Positions 27,596 to 39,693 of a stretch of 64,000 nt of DNA are shown one piece after another. How positions within the stretch are numbered: position 1 is the stretch's first letter; each line of letters starts with the position of its first letter. Origin of the DNA: Marsupella aquatica (lineage: Eukaryota > Plantae > Marchantiophyta); the NCBI GenBank assembly GCA_973895155.1, contig OZ316894.1, positions 17,204,563 to 17,268,562 of the forward strand, in the 5' to 3' direction. Below the pieces are notes generated by a model, which was given only the letters and a program-made list of their open reading frames with translations, was not told the origin of the DNA and ran no database searches. The position numbers and the translations under genes were made by a program.

Positions 27596-28746
27596 AATAA
27601 AGGAAAAGCCAGGGAACACCATAGAGCAATAAAGACTTTCTACTTTCTTGATTTTATTGTTTGTATTTTCGAGTGCATTAATTTCCTATACAGCCTCCCT
27701 TCTTTTGAGGAGGGCATTATGAAAAATATCATAAAAATAAGAAAGGTAAAACACAAATATAGTATTATCAAATAAAATAACATAATAACTTGTATCAAAA
27801 TAATAAGATTTGTTTTTTAATTTCTCTCATGCCCTTGACCAATTGAGATTCACCATTTCTTGTTTGTTAACCAAAAATCACTCAAGGTTTTATGCACATT
27901 AATGTCCTAGTTAGTGCCTTTATGAAAATAATGCAATAATGCCCTCAAAACTTAATAATGCACTCAAAACTTGGGCTGCCGCCCTCTTTTTTCAGGGCAT
28001 TATATCTCCCTCTAACCAGGACATTATCCTATTCAAAAAGCCCAACAGGTATCATATCCAAATTGAAAGGTTCAAAGCTTCAAAGGTTAGGGGTTAAGGT
28101 GCAATTGGAGATTCCATCCGCACTCATGGGTCCACAACTATGAATCGATGAGTCAAAGCCCCAAAAGGGTTTTACTGTTGTTCTTTTTCAAACTTTGCAC
28201 GTTTTGCGGGCCCGAAATCGAGAGCCGAAGTGCGCAAGTTTTTCGAATGGTGAGTAGTACAGTAGTAGTAGCAGTAGTAGTAGTAGATCCCTCGGTAGAT
28301 CCGCTACTCAATTGCAATTCTCCATAAGCGTGCGTCTCATCCCATCCCGTCTCCTCTAATCCGACTCGTGCAATTCGGTGATTTGGTACTTCGGTGGATG
28401 CCAACCCATCAATCCCTCCACCGCCTGATAGGATTCCTTCGTCCCACAACTCTGCCCATTCCGTGCAATTTTCTGCACTAAATTACTTCAGAGCTGGACG
28501 CATCGGAGAACAGTTTGGACAGGGCAGCAGAGGAGTAGTAGGAAATCAGAAGTCAGTCTATTGTGGAGACCAGACTTCAGACTTCAGACTTCGGGTGTTT
28601 GCGCTGGACGAAGAAGTTTTGAGTGAGACTTGGTAATTGAACTTATTGGCAACTTTTAATTAGGTTTCAATCATTACGACAATTGATGGTAGTTTGGTCT
28701 GATCGGATCTGCTCGGATCGGATCTAGTTTGAGCTACCACCGAGCT

Positions 28747-28769
28747 GAGAGAGAGAGAGAGAGAGAGAG
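28747..28769 (+). repeat. (GA)n microsatellite in the probable 5' region of the mannosidase gene
   Basis: About 11 GA units read directly. Confidence 0.85.
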
Positions 28770-29741
28770 GATGGTGCGATGCGTCATCTAAGATTGTGCG
28801 CATGATAGTGTTTGGCAGGGCTCGGGGACTCGGGATCCTTGAGGTTCAGCGTTGTTATGATTGTGGAGTGCTTGTTCTTCGATCCTCTCAATGTGACGCA
28901 TCGCTTCGGAAATGAGCGGGCCAGAATGGTGAGAATGGGAGAAGCATTTTCGGAAGCGCGTTCCGCTGATGTCGGCGCTGGCTGATCAGCGCGGATTTGA
29001 CCTCTAATCCGGGATCGATCAGGCTGCACAGCAGAGTTTGCGACTCGGCGGTGGAGGCTCGGTGCTTGCGTTTTTGCTGCGCTACGGTGGTGCAGAGGGG
29101 GCCCTGAGTTTGGGGGAAAAGGTGACGAAGATGAGAAGACAAAAGAGGTGAAGCGAGAAGGGAGGGACGGAGGGTGCATAGCTACGAGGCCGAGCAGCAT
29201 ATATGCCGTGGTCCAGTCTAGGTGAAGCGAAATGGCTTCGGTGCTCCCGTTGTACACCACTCCGAGCCGGGGCGATTCGTCATATGACAATGCCAAAGTC
29301 CGTCGCAAATCGTCCTTGAAGGTTTTCTTCTTTCTCATTACTTTCGCTCTCTCGCTCCGATCCGATCCTGGTCGTCCGACCGTCAATGTGCCTCCGCAGT
29401 AACGTGATGAATGGGCACATCACACTAGAGCCAACATAACACAACACAACGCAATACTGGGTCACTGAGAGCCGCCAATTTTGTGCCGGAGTTCATGGAA
29501 TTCTGCTAGCCAGCCATATCGTAGTTATCTCGAGTTCGATATCTGTAATCCTTCATGATTTGATGCTGCGAAACCTGAGTTTGGTCCTCTACTTAGTGGG
29601 CACATTCTGTTAGTAAATGTGACCTGCACTCCACTTTTAGGGAGGTGTTTGGGGTTCTATACTGAGTGCCATGGCAATATACTGTAGGTAGAATGTAGTA
29701 GTAGCTGAGAACGGGTTGGTCGTTGTTGAGAATGTGCGCAG

Positions 29742-32700
29742 ATGGCAATTCAAGCAGGAATGGCCGGTGGAGCGGGAAAGAATTGTCTCTCGTGCAGTAT
29801 CGGAAAATTTCTGGGCGCTGTACTGCTGCTGGGGATCGGTTACGTTGTTGTTACACACCGAGCTCCCCTGCAATCTGTGAAGCTGCCGAAAGTCCATCAG
29901 CAGGAAAGTGGGGTAGCCAAGGATGAGGGTACCTCTGTAATATGGGGAAAGGGAGTCAGGGATAGGCTTCTAAATTTTGAGTCGCAAGGGCAAAACGCAA
30001 ATCAAACCGTGCCCTCGAATGAGACAGGTATTTTCCAGGACCAGTTAAATATGCAGGACATGCTCTGGAAGAATCGGCAGGCAGAGGTCGTCGGAGCTTT
30101 CAGACATGCGTGGAGAGGTTACAAGGATTATGCGATAGGTTTTGATGAGTTGAAACCGATTAAGAGAACGGGTGTGGACGGGCTTGGAGGACTCGGTGCT
30201 ACAATTGTAGATGCCCTAGACACTGCCATCATCATGGGCTGTGATGACGTAGTCCAGGATGCAGCATCTTGGATAGAACACGAGCTGCCCAGAAGGCTTC
30301 ATGAGAAGGGACAAGTGAACCTTTTTGAAACGACAATTCGAGTCTTAGGTGGGCTTCTAAGCGCGTATCATCTTCTTCAAAAAGATTCAGTTATGGCGTC
30401 GAAGATCACCACAAGCCCTGATATCTTTAAGGAGTCCGCCATTGATCTCGCAGACAGGCTTTACACTGCATTTTCTGATAGTCCTACAGATGTTCCTTAC
30501 TCTGACGTTGTATTGAACGCAAGAAAGGCACACCCAGCTTACAATGATGGTGGAGCTAGCAGCACTGCAGAAGTAGCCACCTTGCAAATGGAATTTTGGT
30601 ATCTGAGTCAAGTGTCAGGTGATCCAAAGTATGGAAAAGCTGCCATGAAAGTATTCGAGCACATCAAAGGACTCCATAAAGAGCAGGGTTTGGTGCCCAT
30701 CTTTATAAGGTACATTCTGTTACTCTGCCCAAATTGCTATTTGCAACAGCATGTCAATTGTCCGATGTGCAGCTTTTAAAGCTGACAAAATTGAGGCTCA
30801 TTGTCACTCTAAAGACCCAAGTAACTAATGTGGTGACTTGATCGCAATTTCATGGAGTTCAATGTGTTTAGTGAGGCACAATAAAGCCTGGCTGTTTGTT
30901 CAGAATGCCATATTTTGTGCAAAGTTACACGTAGGTAGCTGAATAGTTTTCATCACTAGTACGTAAGCAAGAATATTTCATGGTTGTTTGTCCTCTTCAT
31001 GGTATTTCATGGTTCCATCATGCGCCTTACTTCAGACCTTTCAGAATATCAGGCAGGCATTTATCTCTGATCAGGCATGGGTATTTTAGAAGTAATATCG
31101 TTGTGTCGGGGTTTGTCCTGTCTGATACGGGATGTTGGAACTAGATTGGTTGTGCACACTCTGTAGTCATTTTTGTCGTGTTTTCAATTTCATGCAGCCC
31201 TACTTCGGGGCAATTTATTGGAAACAACATTCGACTGGGATCACGTGGAGACAGTTACTATGAGTATCTAGTTAAGGTCTGGCTGCAGCAAGGCGGTGCC
31301 GATAATGACGCCTCTCCAGTCGCTTATTTACGAGCTATGTATGAAGAAGCAATGGCGGGTGTGAAGAATTTGTTGGTCAAAAAGTCGAAGCCCAACGGGC
31401 TTGTCTATGTGGGCGAACTCCCTAGTGGTTTACGTGGAGACTTCAGCCCCAAAATGGATCATCTGGTATAGTCCTTGCTTTCTGCATATTGTTAATGTTA
31501 GAACTAAGTTAAATTTTAGATGAGAGCGTGAATGGGTTCGATCTGTACATAAGAGATGCAATATCACGAAAACACACTATAACGCAATACAAAGTAAGTT
31601 TGCAGTACACTTGTTACTAGTTTAGTTATGATCAGTTCCTTGCCATATTCTGAAGGTGTTCGTGGAGAGTGTTCAATTTTGGAGCCAGACAGAATTTGGT
31701 AAGATTGGGTCTTGCACAATCTACGTGAAACTCATATGTTCTGGTCTGTTGTGGTGTACTATTGGGTGGTGGTGTTCAAGGTGTGTTTCCTAGCAGGGAC
31801 TCTGGCAATTGGGGCTACAAGGGGGCTAGCTACAGATCAAGCATTACGCAGAGGTTTTATGAACGAGAAAGATCTAGAAGATCTAAAACTTGCAGAGGAT
31901 TTGTGTCACACTTGTTACCAAATGTATACTGTAACTGCGACTGGCCTTGCTCCAGAGATTGCATATTTTAATATGGATGTAAGTACACAGCCTCTGCCTT
32001 AAGCACTAGGAGAGAATTTTGCGGAGAATTGTGTCTTCAACTTCATCATTTGCAAGGATGGAACATTTTCAGTTAGTTTCCTCAAAAGGGAAAACACAGA
32101 GGAATGAACTGACACGTACACATTGATCGTGAAGGGGGAAGTACAAAGTGGGATGGAAGGAGGCAGAAAAGGCGCGGCTTATAGAGATGACATATTAATT
32201 CATGCACTCGACAGGCACAACTTGCTGAGACCAGAAACTGTGGAATCCCTCTTTGTTCTGTACAGAGTTACAGGGGAGATGAAGTAAGTTAAAAATGAAA
32301 GTTTCCCGTTCTCTTGGTGGGACTCTACGCTTCGAAGTTTGTATTAGATGGTAGATGTTCCATGTTGGGGAAAGTACCTGTTTTATCTAAGTCCTATTTC
32401 CCGTCTCACCTGATTGATGCTCAAAAGTTTAAGTATAAGAACGCAAGCCTTGTAGGTTCCTGTCCCCGAGTCAGAGAGTCTGCTTGAAAAGCACCCCCGA
32501 AAATGGTTTTCTAAGCCCTCTGCATTAATGGGGAACTTTTTGGGAGGGAGAGGAGAGGAAGACTATCAATGTAGCATCTCTTGTTGCCTTGTTATATGAA
32601 ACCGATTATTGTTTCTGAGAAGGTAATAGGCTCGTGGGATCAGCTAGGTCTTTCAGGCCCTCGTCAAGCTACAGTAGTTGGGGAGGACTGACCTGAAGAG

Positions 32701-33208
32701 ACCGGTCCTAAATTTATGCTCAGAACTGTATATTTGGTAGTTGAGGTTGGTTTGACAAAAGTTCCCAGTAATTGATGAAATGTTATAGAGCATTGCTGAT
32801 AATGAGTTATCGCAATACTCTATCAGGACGAAGGTTCCATTTGAAAATTTCCAGACTATAGCTAGCAGGTCTTGTCGTTATTATTCTGACATTCGCTTAT
32901 GCAGGTATCGACAATGGGGTTGGGAGATTTTCCAAGCATTTGAAACTCATGCCAAGGTGGCCTCTGGAGGCTATAGTTCGCTGGACAGTGTAACAGTGAT
33001 TCCAGCACCCAAACGTGACAAAATGGAGACGTTCTTTCTTGGAGAAACTCTGAAATATTTATATCTTTTATTCAGTGATCCAGGTGTCCTCCCCCTCGAT
33101 AAGTACGTGTTCAATACTGAGGCACACCCGCTTCCTGTCATCCAACAGCCTTCCAGCCGGTTAAAGGGGAAAACCTTCAATATCTCTGTTGAAACTAACT
33201 CCCAATGA
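29742..33208 (+). CDS. MNS3: Class I alpha-1,2-mannosidase (GH47), MNS3/ER-MNSI type, 5 exons, 628 aa
   Basis: Exons 29742-30709, 31198-31465, 31781-31978, 32135-32283 and 32905-33208 splice in frame. N-terminal TM anchor; motifs [73 protein letters not shown] and VFNTEAHP. Confidence 0.93.
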
Positions 33209-34104
33209 GGCACTCTATCTTTCTGAACTTGACGAGCTGGCACTCAATCAAGTCAATTATTACCACCGTGAGAGTGCACAATGTGTAGTCTGACCTAGGA
33301 AATTTTATTGAACGACGATTCTACAGGAAGGGTCACATTCCAAGCTCGGATGATTGTTCGGTTCCCAGCAGGGTCGTTTCTGTCCAATTGGAAGTTGAAA
33401 TGTTACTTTGGTGTAAACTGCGAGTGTGATTGAGGATCTATTGTAGATGCCAGTGGAGTTGCTAACCTCCTCAAAACAGGTCAGAAATCAAGATGATCTG
33501 ATGTCACTATCTCTGGCATCTAGGGGCCGATATGAGGAGTTGAACGCAATTATTGTCAACTTTGTGGTGAGGGCTAATGTCTGCGACGACTTCAAGCTAG
33601 GCTGTATATTAAATAAGCTGGAAAGCAAGTATCCTAAGGGCACTTCATGACGAGCTCTCCCAGATTTGTAAGATGGATATACAGGTCTCTCAACGACCAT
33701 GTTCAAGAGTTGCAATGGATGACATACTGTAGTTTTTGATGTGTGGCTGAAATTTGTTTTTATGAGTATGAAATCTGCACGTTGAAATTTGCAATGTTCG
33801 GAGAGTTCTCTAATCTGTTAGTCAGTCGAGATAAGCGATGGTGTACATGATTTCCTGTTCTCTACTCCCCTTGAGTGAATAGAAGGGTTTACTGATGTAG
33901 ATGCAGAGGCTCCCTCTCCAGGCTGGCTGAATCGCCATGCCACAGGGGAGCGACAAACCATTAGCATCTGTATAACCTGAGAGCTCAACGTTTGGTGAAA
34001 CTGTCATAGAAAAGATTCATTAAGAGGATTGACTTTGAAGCCCACAGATCTCCAATTGAGGTATTGGGTAAACTTTGTGTAGAGCCAAAGTGAGACTGAA
34101 GCAC

Positions 34105-34480
34105 TGTGGAAGTGTCCTTATCACAGTTGTTGTGTAGTTGCATAACTGTTGTCGTTGCAGCAGTGTGGTTGTGGAAGCGTTGTAACATTGTAGTTGCATT
34201 GTGGCGGTGTGGTTGTGGAAGCCTGTTGTTACAATGTGTTGTGCTTGCAAAAGTGTTGTCATTGCAGCAGTGTGGTTGTGGAAGCATTGTTTTTTACAAT
34301 TGTGTTTAACTTGCAAAAGTGTTGTCATTGGTTCTGTGTGGTTGTGGAAGGTTGTTCGTTTGGTCAGGTGATTGGTGCCGCCAAGGTGTGGTTGCATAAG
34401 TGTTATTTGTGTGGCCACATTCCTTGAGTTGCACCACATTCCTTGAGTTGTACAAAATGTTGTCATTGTCAAGCAATTGC
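34105..34480 (+). repeat. Degenerate GT-rich minisatellite followed by a pyrimidine tract (to about 34620)
   Basis: TGTTGTCATTG..GTGTGGTTGTGGAAG recurs about 4-5 times at roughly 55-65 bp spacing. Confidence 0.7.
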
Positions 34481-35453
34481 AGCCGTCTCCCCACCCCTCT
34501 ATTATTTCCCCTTTTTCCATTCCTTGCTTTCCCCTCTTGCCCTTTTCTTCCTTCTCTTCCCCTTTCCCCTCTCCTCCGTCCCTCCCTCCCTCCTGGTTCG
34601 CCCCTCCCCCTTCTCACTGGCCATATATAACGGGGAAGGGTGCATAACTTCTACCTCATTCACATTCCACTCATCCTCTTCTCCACTGTGCCACTTTTCT
34701 CCACAATTTCAGAAGTGTACTAATAATGGTGAAACCTGGTGGATCCAGGTTTTGTCATAGCTAGTGGTGGTTTAATCCTAATTCTGAGGAGACACCGCAA
34801 CCAGTATGATGCATGTGCATTATGTTATTGGCAAGGGAAGGCACACATTGGGAGGGTGTATTGGCAGACCCAATGGTGCCAGAAAAGAGCTCATAAATCA
34901 AATTCTACCCCTATATTGCATTTTATAAACACACAAGACCATGCAGAAAATCAGAATCAAGAAACCAAATTGTTGGCTGAACTGAAGTTTAGCTTTGTGG
35001 TGGGGGCCCGAAAATGTCTCCAATCATTTTTCTACGCATATGATTCTGCAAAATACAGTGTACAATCATAAAGAGAGGGGAGGGCATTTGCAAAAGTTTA
35101 GCTTCTGTGACCAAACCTCTTTGGTCACAAGCCAGATGTTTAGACAGATTAGCTGTAGAGATGCAGCCTACTCAAATGGCTGTTTTGGGTCTATCTTTAG
35201 AGGAATTTTTTACGGCTACGAGTCTTCTTACAGAGCTACCCCATGCAATTCTGAATTCTTGATTACATAAGGATAAGATCCACTTAGATTAGACCCACAC
35301 ATTGCGGACCTCCCTTGGGATATAGGTTGGAGGGAGAACATTCTTTTTTTGCCTTGAAAACCCTCTCCCTCATTCTCCACACATACTCTTGTATGTTATG
35401 GATCCTTTAGGACTTTCTCCACTCATGATGTCTCGTTGATGTAGCATGTGATT

Positions 35454-35631
35454 GAGTGTCTCCCTCATGTGCCGCATTTGCTCTATACTATGAGTCGAGT
35501 GTCTCCCTCATGTGCCGCATTTGCTCTATACTATGAGTCGACCGGTTCTTACGGTGCCACCAAATGACACCATGTACTCTGTAATAAGGTACAAAGGAGG
35601 TCTATTCATAAGGTACAAAGGAGGCCTATTC
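35454..35631 (+). repeat. Two short tandem duplications (43 bp x2 and 24 bp x2)
   Basis: GAGTGTCTCCCTCATGTGCCGCATTTGCTCTATACTATGAGTC twice (35454-35539); ATAAGGTACAAAGGAGG(T/C)CTATTC twice (35584-35631). Confidence 0.85.
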
Positions 35632-35973
35632 AGTTCACATCCATGGTGAGACAAGGGTGGTGCTTGAGCCAAAGTGAAAAATGAGCTCCAACCAAACCTT
35701 TGCGGGAAAACATTAAAGAGATACACAAACTAATCTTTTAACATTTGAATGTTTGTCCTATTTGACCTCTTTTGCTTTCCCTTCATTGTACCTTGGGTGA
35801 TGCTTTTTCAATATATCATGGACGTTTCTTCTTTGGAGGAAAAACAAAACCCACAGCACTCGAGTACTGTAAGACTGTAACACAAGTTCTGGACCCTCAT
35901 TTCGGTTGTGTTCAAAGCTCAGGTGAGCTAAGTTATTCGTATCGTCTGCTCAAGCAATTTTCAGAATCGAAGC

Positions 35974-38900
35974 ATGGCGCTCCACACGAGAGCTTCTCTG
36001 CTGAGCTTGCTGGAGGTATGTTTGGACACTCCATTGTCTGCCATGGCTTTTCTCCACCGACTGAATGAATTTGTGATTGTCGGACTCAGAATTGGTGCTG
36101 GACCCCTAAACCCTGGGTTTCAAATGCTGCAAATTGCGCTGATATATGAATTGTCTGTGAATATTCATAAAACAAAGCTTAAAGTCTAGTTTCTTCAGTT
36201 CTGTGGTGAGTTGTTAGCGCTTCAAATTGACTTGTTCACCGCAAATACCCTAAGCAGTCTGCGGACGATGAAGTGCCCGTCGGATTCGAGATTCCAGTGT
36301 AGTATTCCGTTTCTGAATGTTCAGCCGTTCCCTCATGTGCTAGCCCATTGAAAATTATCAAATCATGACAGAAGTTCTTTCGGCGTGTGGACAAGGGGTC
36401 CGGGTTTAGAGATGCCTGATGTGACCCAACTCTCGGCTTTTCCACCGAGAGTTTTGCGGTAGTAGAAGGATGCCGACAGTGGATTGTGAGATGACTACAC
36501 TACATATTTCTTCGTCACGAGGACAGAGATCGTGGTCATGAGGATCTCTGAGTTTCTCTTGGAGTCTTATTGGCGAGTCTCGTGTGCAAACGAAATGGCA
36601 GTAGACATGGAAGAAACTTCAACAGTTTGATCGTCACCGCAGACCTGAAGAGTGAATTGTAACCAGGATCGAAATTGTGCGCATTATGTTTCGGAATCAG
36701 TTAAAAAGTACCAGTTCTGGTTTTGTTTTAACGTTGACGTCCTTCGGATTATTCTCCGGTCAGTCTTGGAGAGTTCTCGGACTGAGCTGTGATTCTAGTG
36801 GATTGATGTGCTGCAGTGGTAACTCTATTGACTGTGACTGTCATTGTTTGAGGAGCTATTCCTCAATCTAATAGGGAAGGAAACGTTAGCCTCATCGTTT
36901 TTTCTTTCTTTCTCCAGCGGTATAGTTGATGCCCATCATGTTCCTTCTCCTATTTGAACTGCAGGCAAATGGCATTCAAACAACAACTTATGACCACCCC
37001 AAGGTTTTGACAGTTGAGGAGCAAGTGAGTCCCACTTAAGTCGGCAGTAATCTATGCGGTTCCACGTTGGCAATCTGTCATGTCACAGAGAATTGATTCT
37101 GCTAGGTTTTCCATGTCGAAGTCTGCAGTTGTTGTCCTTTATGGGAATTTTAGTTTACATACCAATCCTGCTGTCATGGTTTTCACCTTCTCTTTACTGG
37201 AACTGAGAAATTTCGCTGACGTCATTGAAGGCCGTTCATGTCGGGCATCTGGAGGGAGGGCTCTGCAAAAATCTGCTTTTAAAGGTGGCCTTTACTCTCG
37301 CTTATTGGTGAGAGATTGCTGAAAAAACAGTAGTCTTTCGAGCTGTGATCTACGGAACCTCTTTGAAAGATGTTTGCAATTGTTCTCATCGCTATTACTC
37401 TCTATCCATTTTGTTTCACCGTCGTTACTAGTCCTAGTTATCAACCCAGTACTTTTGTTGGATGACATGAACGTGGGCTCTTCGATGTGGAATCTGCTGG
37501 GACAGTTTCGCTTGGGAAACAATGGAGTCTATCGGATCATTGGCTAGGGTTGTGATTGTGAACTGAATCTATTTACATGTCTGTGAAAACAGGACAAGAA
37601 AAACAGGCTCATTCTCATATCAGCCTTGACTACCACTAAAATCGATATGAAAGGTATTAGAAGACTGGATACCTGTATGTGTCCGTCCTCGTCTAGAAAA
37701 GAGCCTCTTGTCGGAATTTTGCTTAGTCTTTCAAGTCGAGCTCTGACTTTCTTGTTTCATTAGTTCTTGTAACTGATTGAAACTTGAAATCCAACTGGTC
37801 TAATATTGGTATTCTGCTGTTGGAGCAGTGTTATCACAGCGCCTGGGTCTAGGTAAAGGTGGTGTACGGTTGGCGCCGGAGGAAATAATGCAAGCTGTAC
37901 TTAAGGTATGCCTTTTGGCACTACACTCTCCTTCGGACAATATAGCTGGCGCCCACTTCATTGCATTCGGTTTTACTCTGAACGTCTTTCGACAAATTTG
38001 TTTCCCAATAAAAGTTTAGGTATTGGCAGGTTTGGAGTAGTTTATTCCTTGCTATGCGCGTGACTTCCCTCGTGTCATTTTGATCAGTACTTGAGGCTCA
38101 TGCACCCATTTCGATATTCAGTCGAGACTCATTTCCGTGGGTTAGTGAATGGAAGGACGCCGTTTTACAGACTTTCATCTGGAATCATCTGGAATGTATT
38201 GCTTAATTCTTGTACTTGTTTTATGTGATAGTAGGTTCCACTTGGATCTGTGACTCCCTTTGCTTTGCTGAATGAATCTGCAAGGTATAGTGCACTTTCT
38301 GTGTAAATCTATGATTCATAAACGGCCTTCTTCCATGTCTTTTGTGGTCCTCTACACTTTTTAACTAATTGAATCTTATACAATCGAGGATTGCTAAATC
38401 CTTTCGTTTTGCCTTCATAAAGGTCTGTTACTCTCTTATTGGATGAGGGCTGCAAGTCACAACCGCAGCTATATTTTCATCCTCTTTCAAATGATGCAAC
38501 AACTGGTACTTCTCGCTTTACCTTGCAAATAATGCATCTCGTCTCCCTTCTTATTCTTGCTCAATCTAAGCCTGCAGGGTACTAGCAGTGACTCATTGTA
38601 GGAGTCGAAGTAGGGTGGTGATTGATATTTGACATGGGTTGGGTGCAGCTATTTCCCCAAGTGGGCTTGAGAAATTCTTGCAAATCATAGGAAGGCAGCC
38701 TAATTATGTGAATTTGGAGGTATGTAGCTCCAACTGAAGCCACATTGTTGATGTGAACAATGGCTTAAATGTCTGGTCTTAATGGCATGTCCTAGTGAGA
38801 TATTTTCCCGAAACATATCTTGAAAGTGCATATTATCAGATGTATAATTTCTTCCGTTTTTCTGTCGCAAATCAATCAATCAATCAATCGACAGGAAGTG

Positions 38901-39693
38901 GTGGTCGTTGGAAAAGACCAGCCACCGGACCTAGCAGTCTACTTTGCTGATGTAACAGCAGATGTGGCAGTGAGGGAACAGATTGATGCTCTCAAGGATA
39001 CTGTACCGATTTCGGAAGGAGCTAGTGAAACGGTCCCTAAACCAGGTTAGCTCTTTCCTCCAAAATATCTCCAAACTCTGGATGGTTTCAAAACCTATCT
39101 CGTGGTGTGATAGGGAGCTGTATTTCATCTGATCGTCTTCGTTGTTGTTCTGGAAGTCTTCTTGTTTGTTGTCCTACACCTGTGAATGCCGAGTACGAAT
39201 GGTGCGAAACACGAACCAATGGCAAGGATTGCCGGTCACTAACGCAGGTAAACAAGAACCAATGCCAAGGATCTCCGGTCATTAACGCAAGCTTTACCAA
39301 ATATACACTTTCTCAACCATGACCTCACTATGATGCAGTTGCCAAGTCAAAGGGACGGCAGAAGGAAGCAACCACTACGGTGAAAGAAGTTGCCAAAACG
39401 TCAGCATCAGACATACAGGCAATCACATCATATATTCTCAATGCGTCGAATGCATCAAAAGAGTTTGTGTCAGAGCTTGAGGGTGTCCTGGTGAGTTCTC
39501 ACGACTATCTAGCCCTAAAACAAAGCCTACAACTTCTTTTTTATGTGGAACGTTTTACTGATGGACCTTCACGGTGAAATGGGTGGTGACCTATTTAACC
39601 TAGCTGGGATTGATTTTACAGATGGCTCTGAAAAATACGGCATATACTGAAGGCTTCACAGCAGGAAAAGCTAGTCTGTCATTGGCAAGGTGA
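35974..39693 (+). CDS. YbaK/ProX-family aminoacyl-tRNA trans-editing protein (plant ProXp-ala/PRORSD1-like), 11 exons, 290 aa
   Basis: Exons 35974-36015, 36965-37024, 37231-37284, 37593-37653, 37829-37905, 38235-38284, 38423-38505, 38649-38719, 38895-39045, 39339-39490 and 39622-39693 total 873 nt in frame. Motifs HPKVLTVEEQ, CKNLLLKDKK, LSQRLGLGKGG, LGSVTPFALLNES, FHPLSND, VGKDQPPDLA and KNTAYTEGF. Confidence 0.92.

Noticed and set aside
28784-29386. 200-aa minus-strand ORF
   Set aside because: No recognisable motif; it lies in the GC-rich probable leader of MNS3, where chance ORFs are common.
33985-34617. Thr/His-rich ORFs and a regularly spaced repeat superficially like a CRISPR array
   Set aside because: Translation of a degenerate minisatellite; the spacers resemble each other, there are no cas genes, and the context is eukaryotic.
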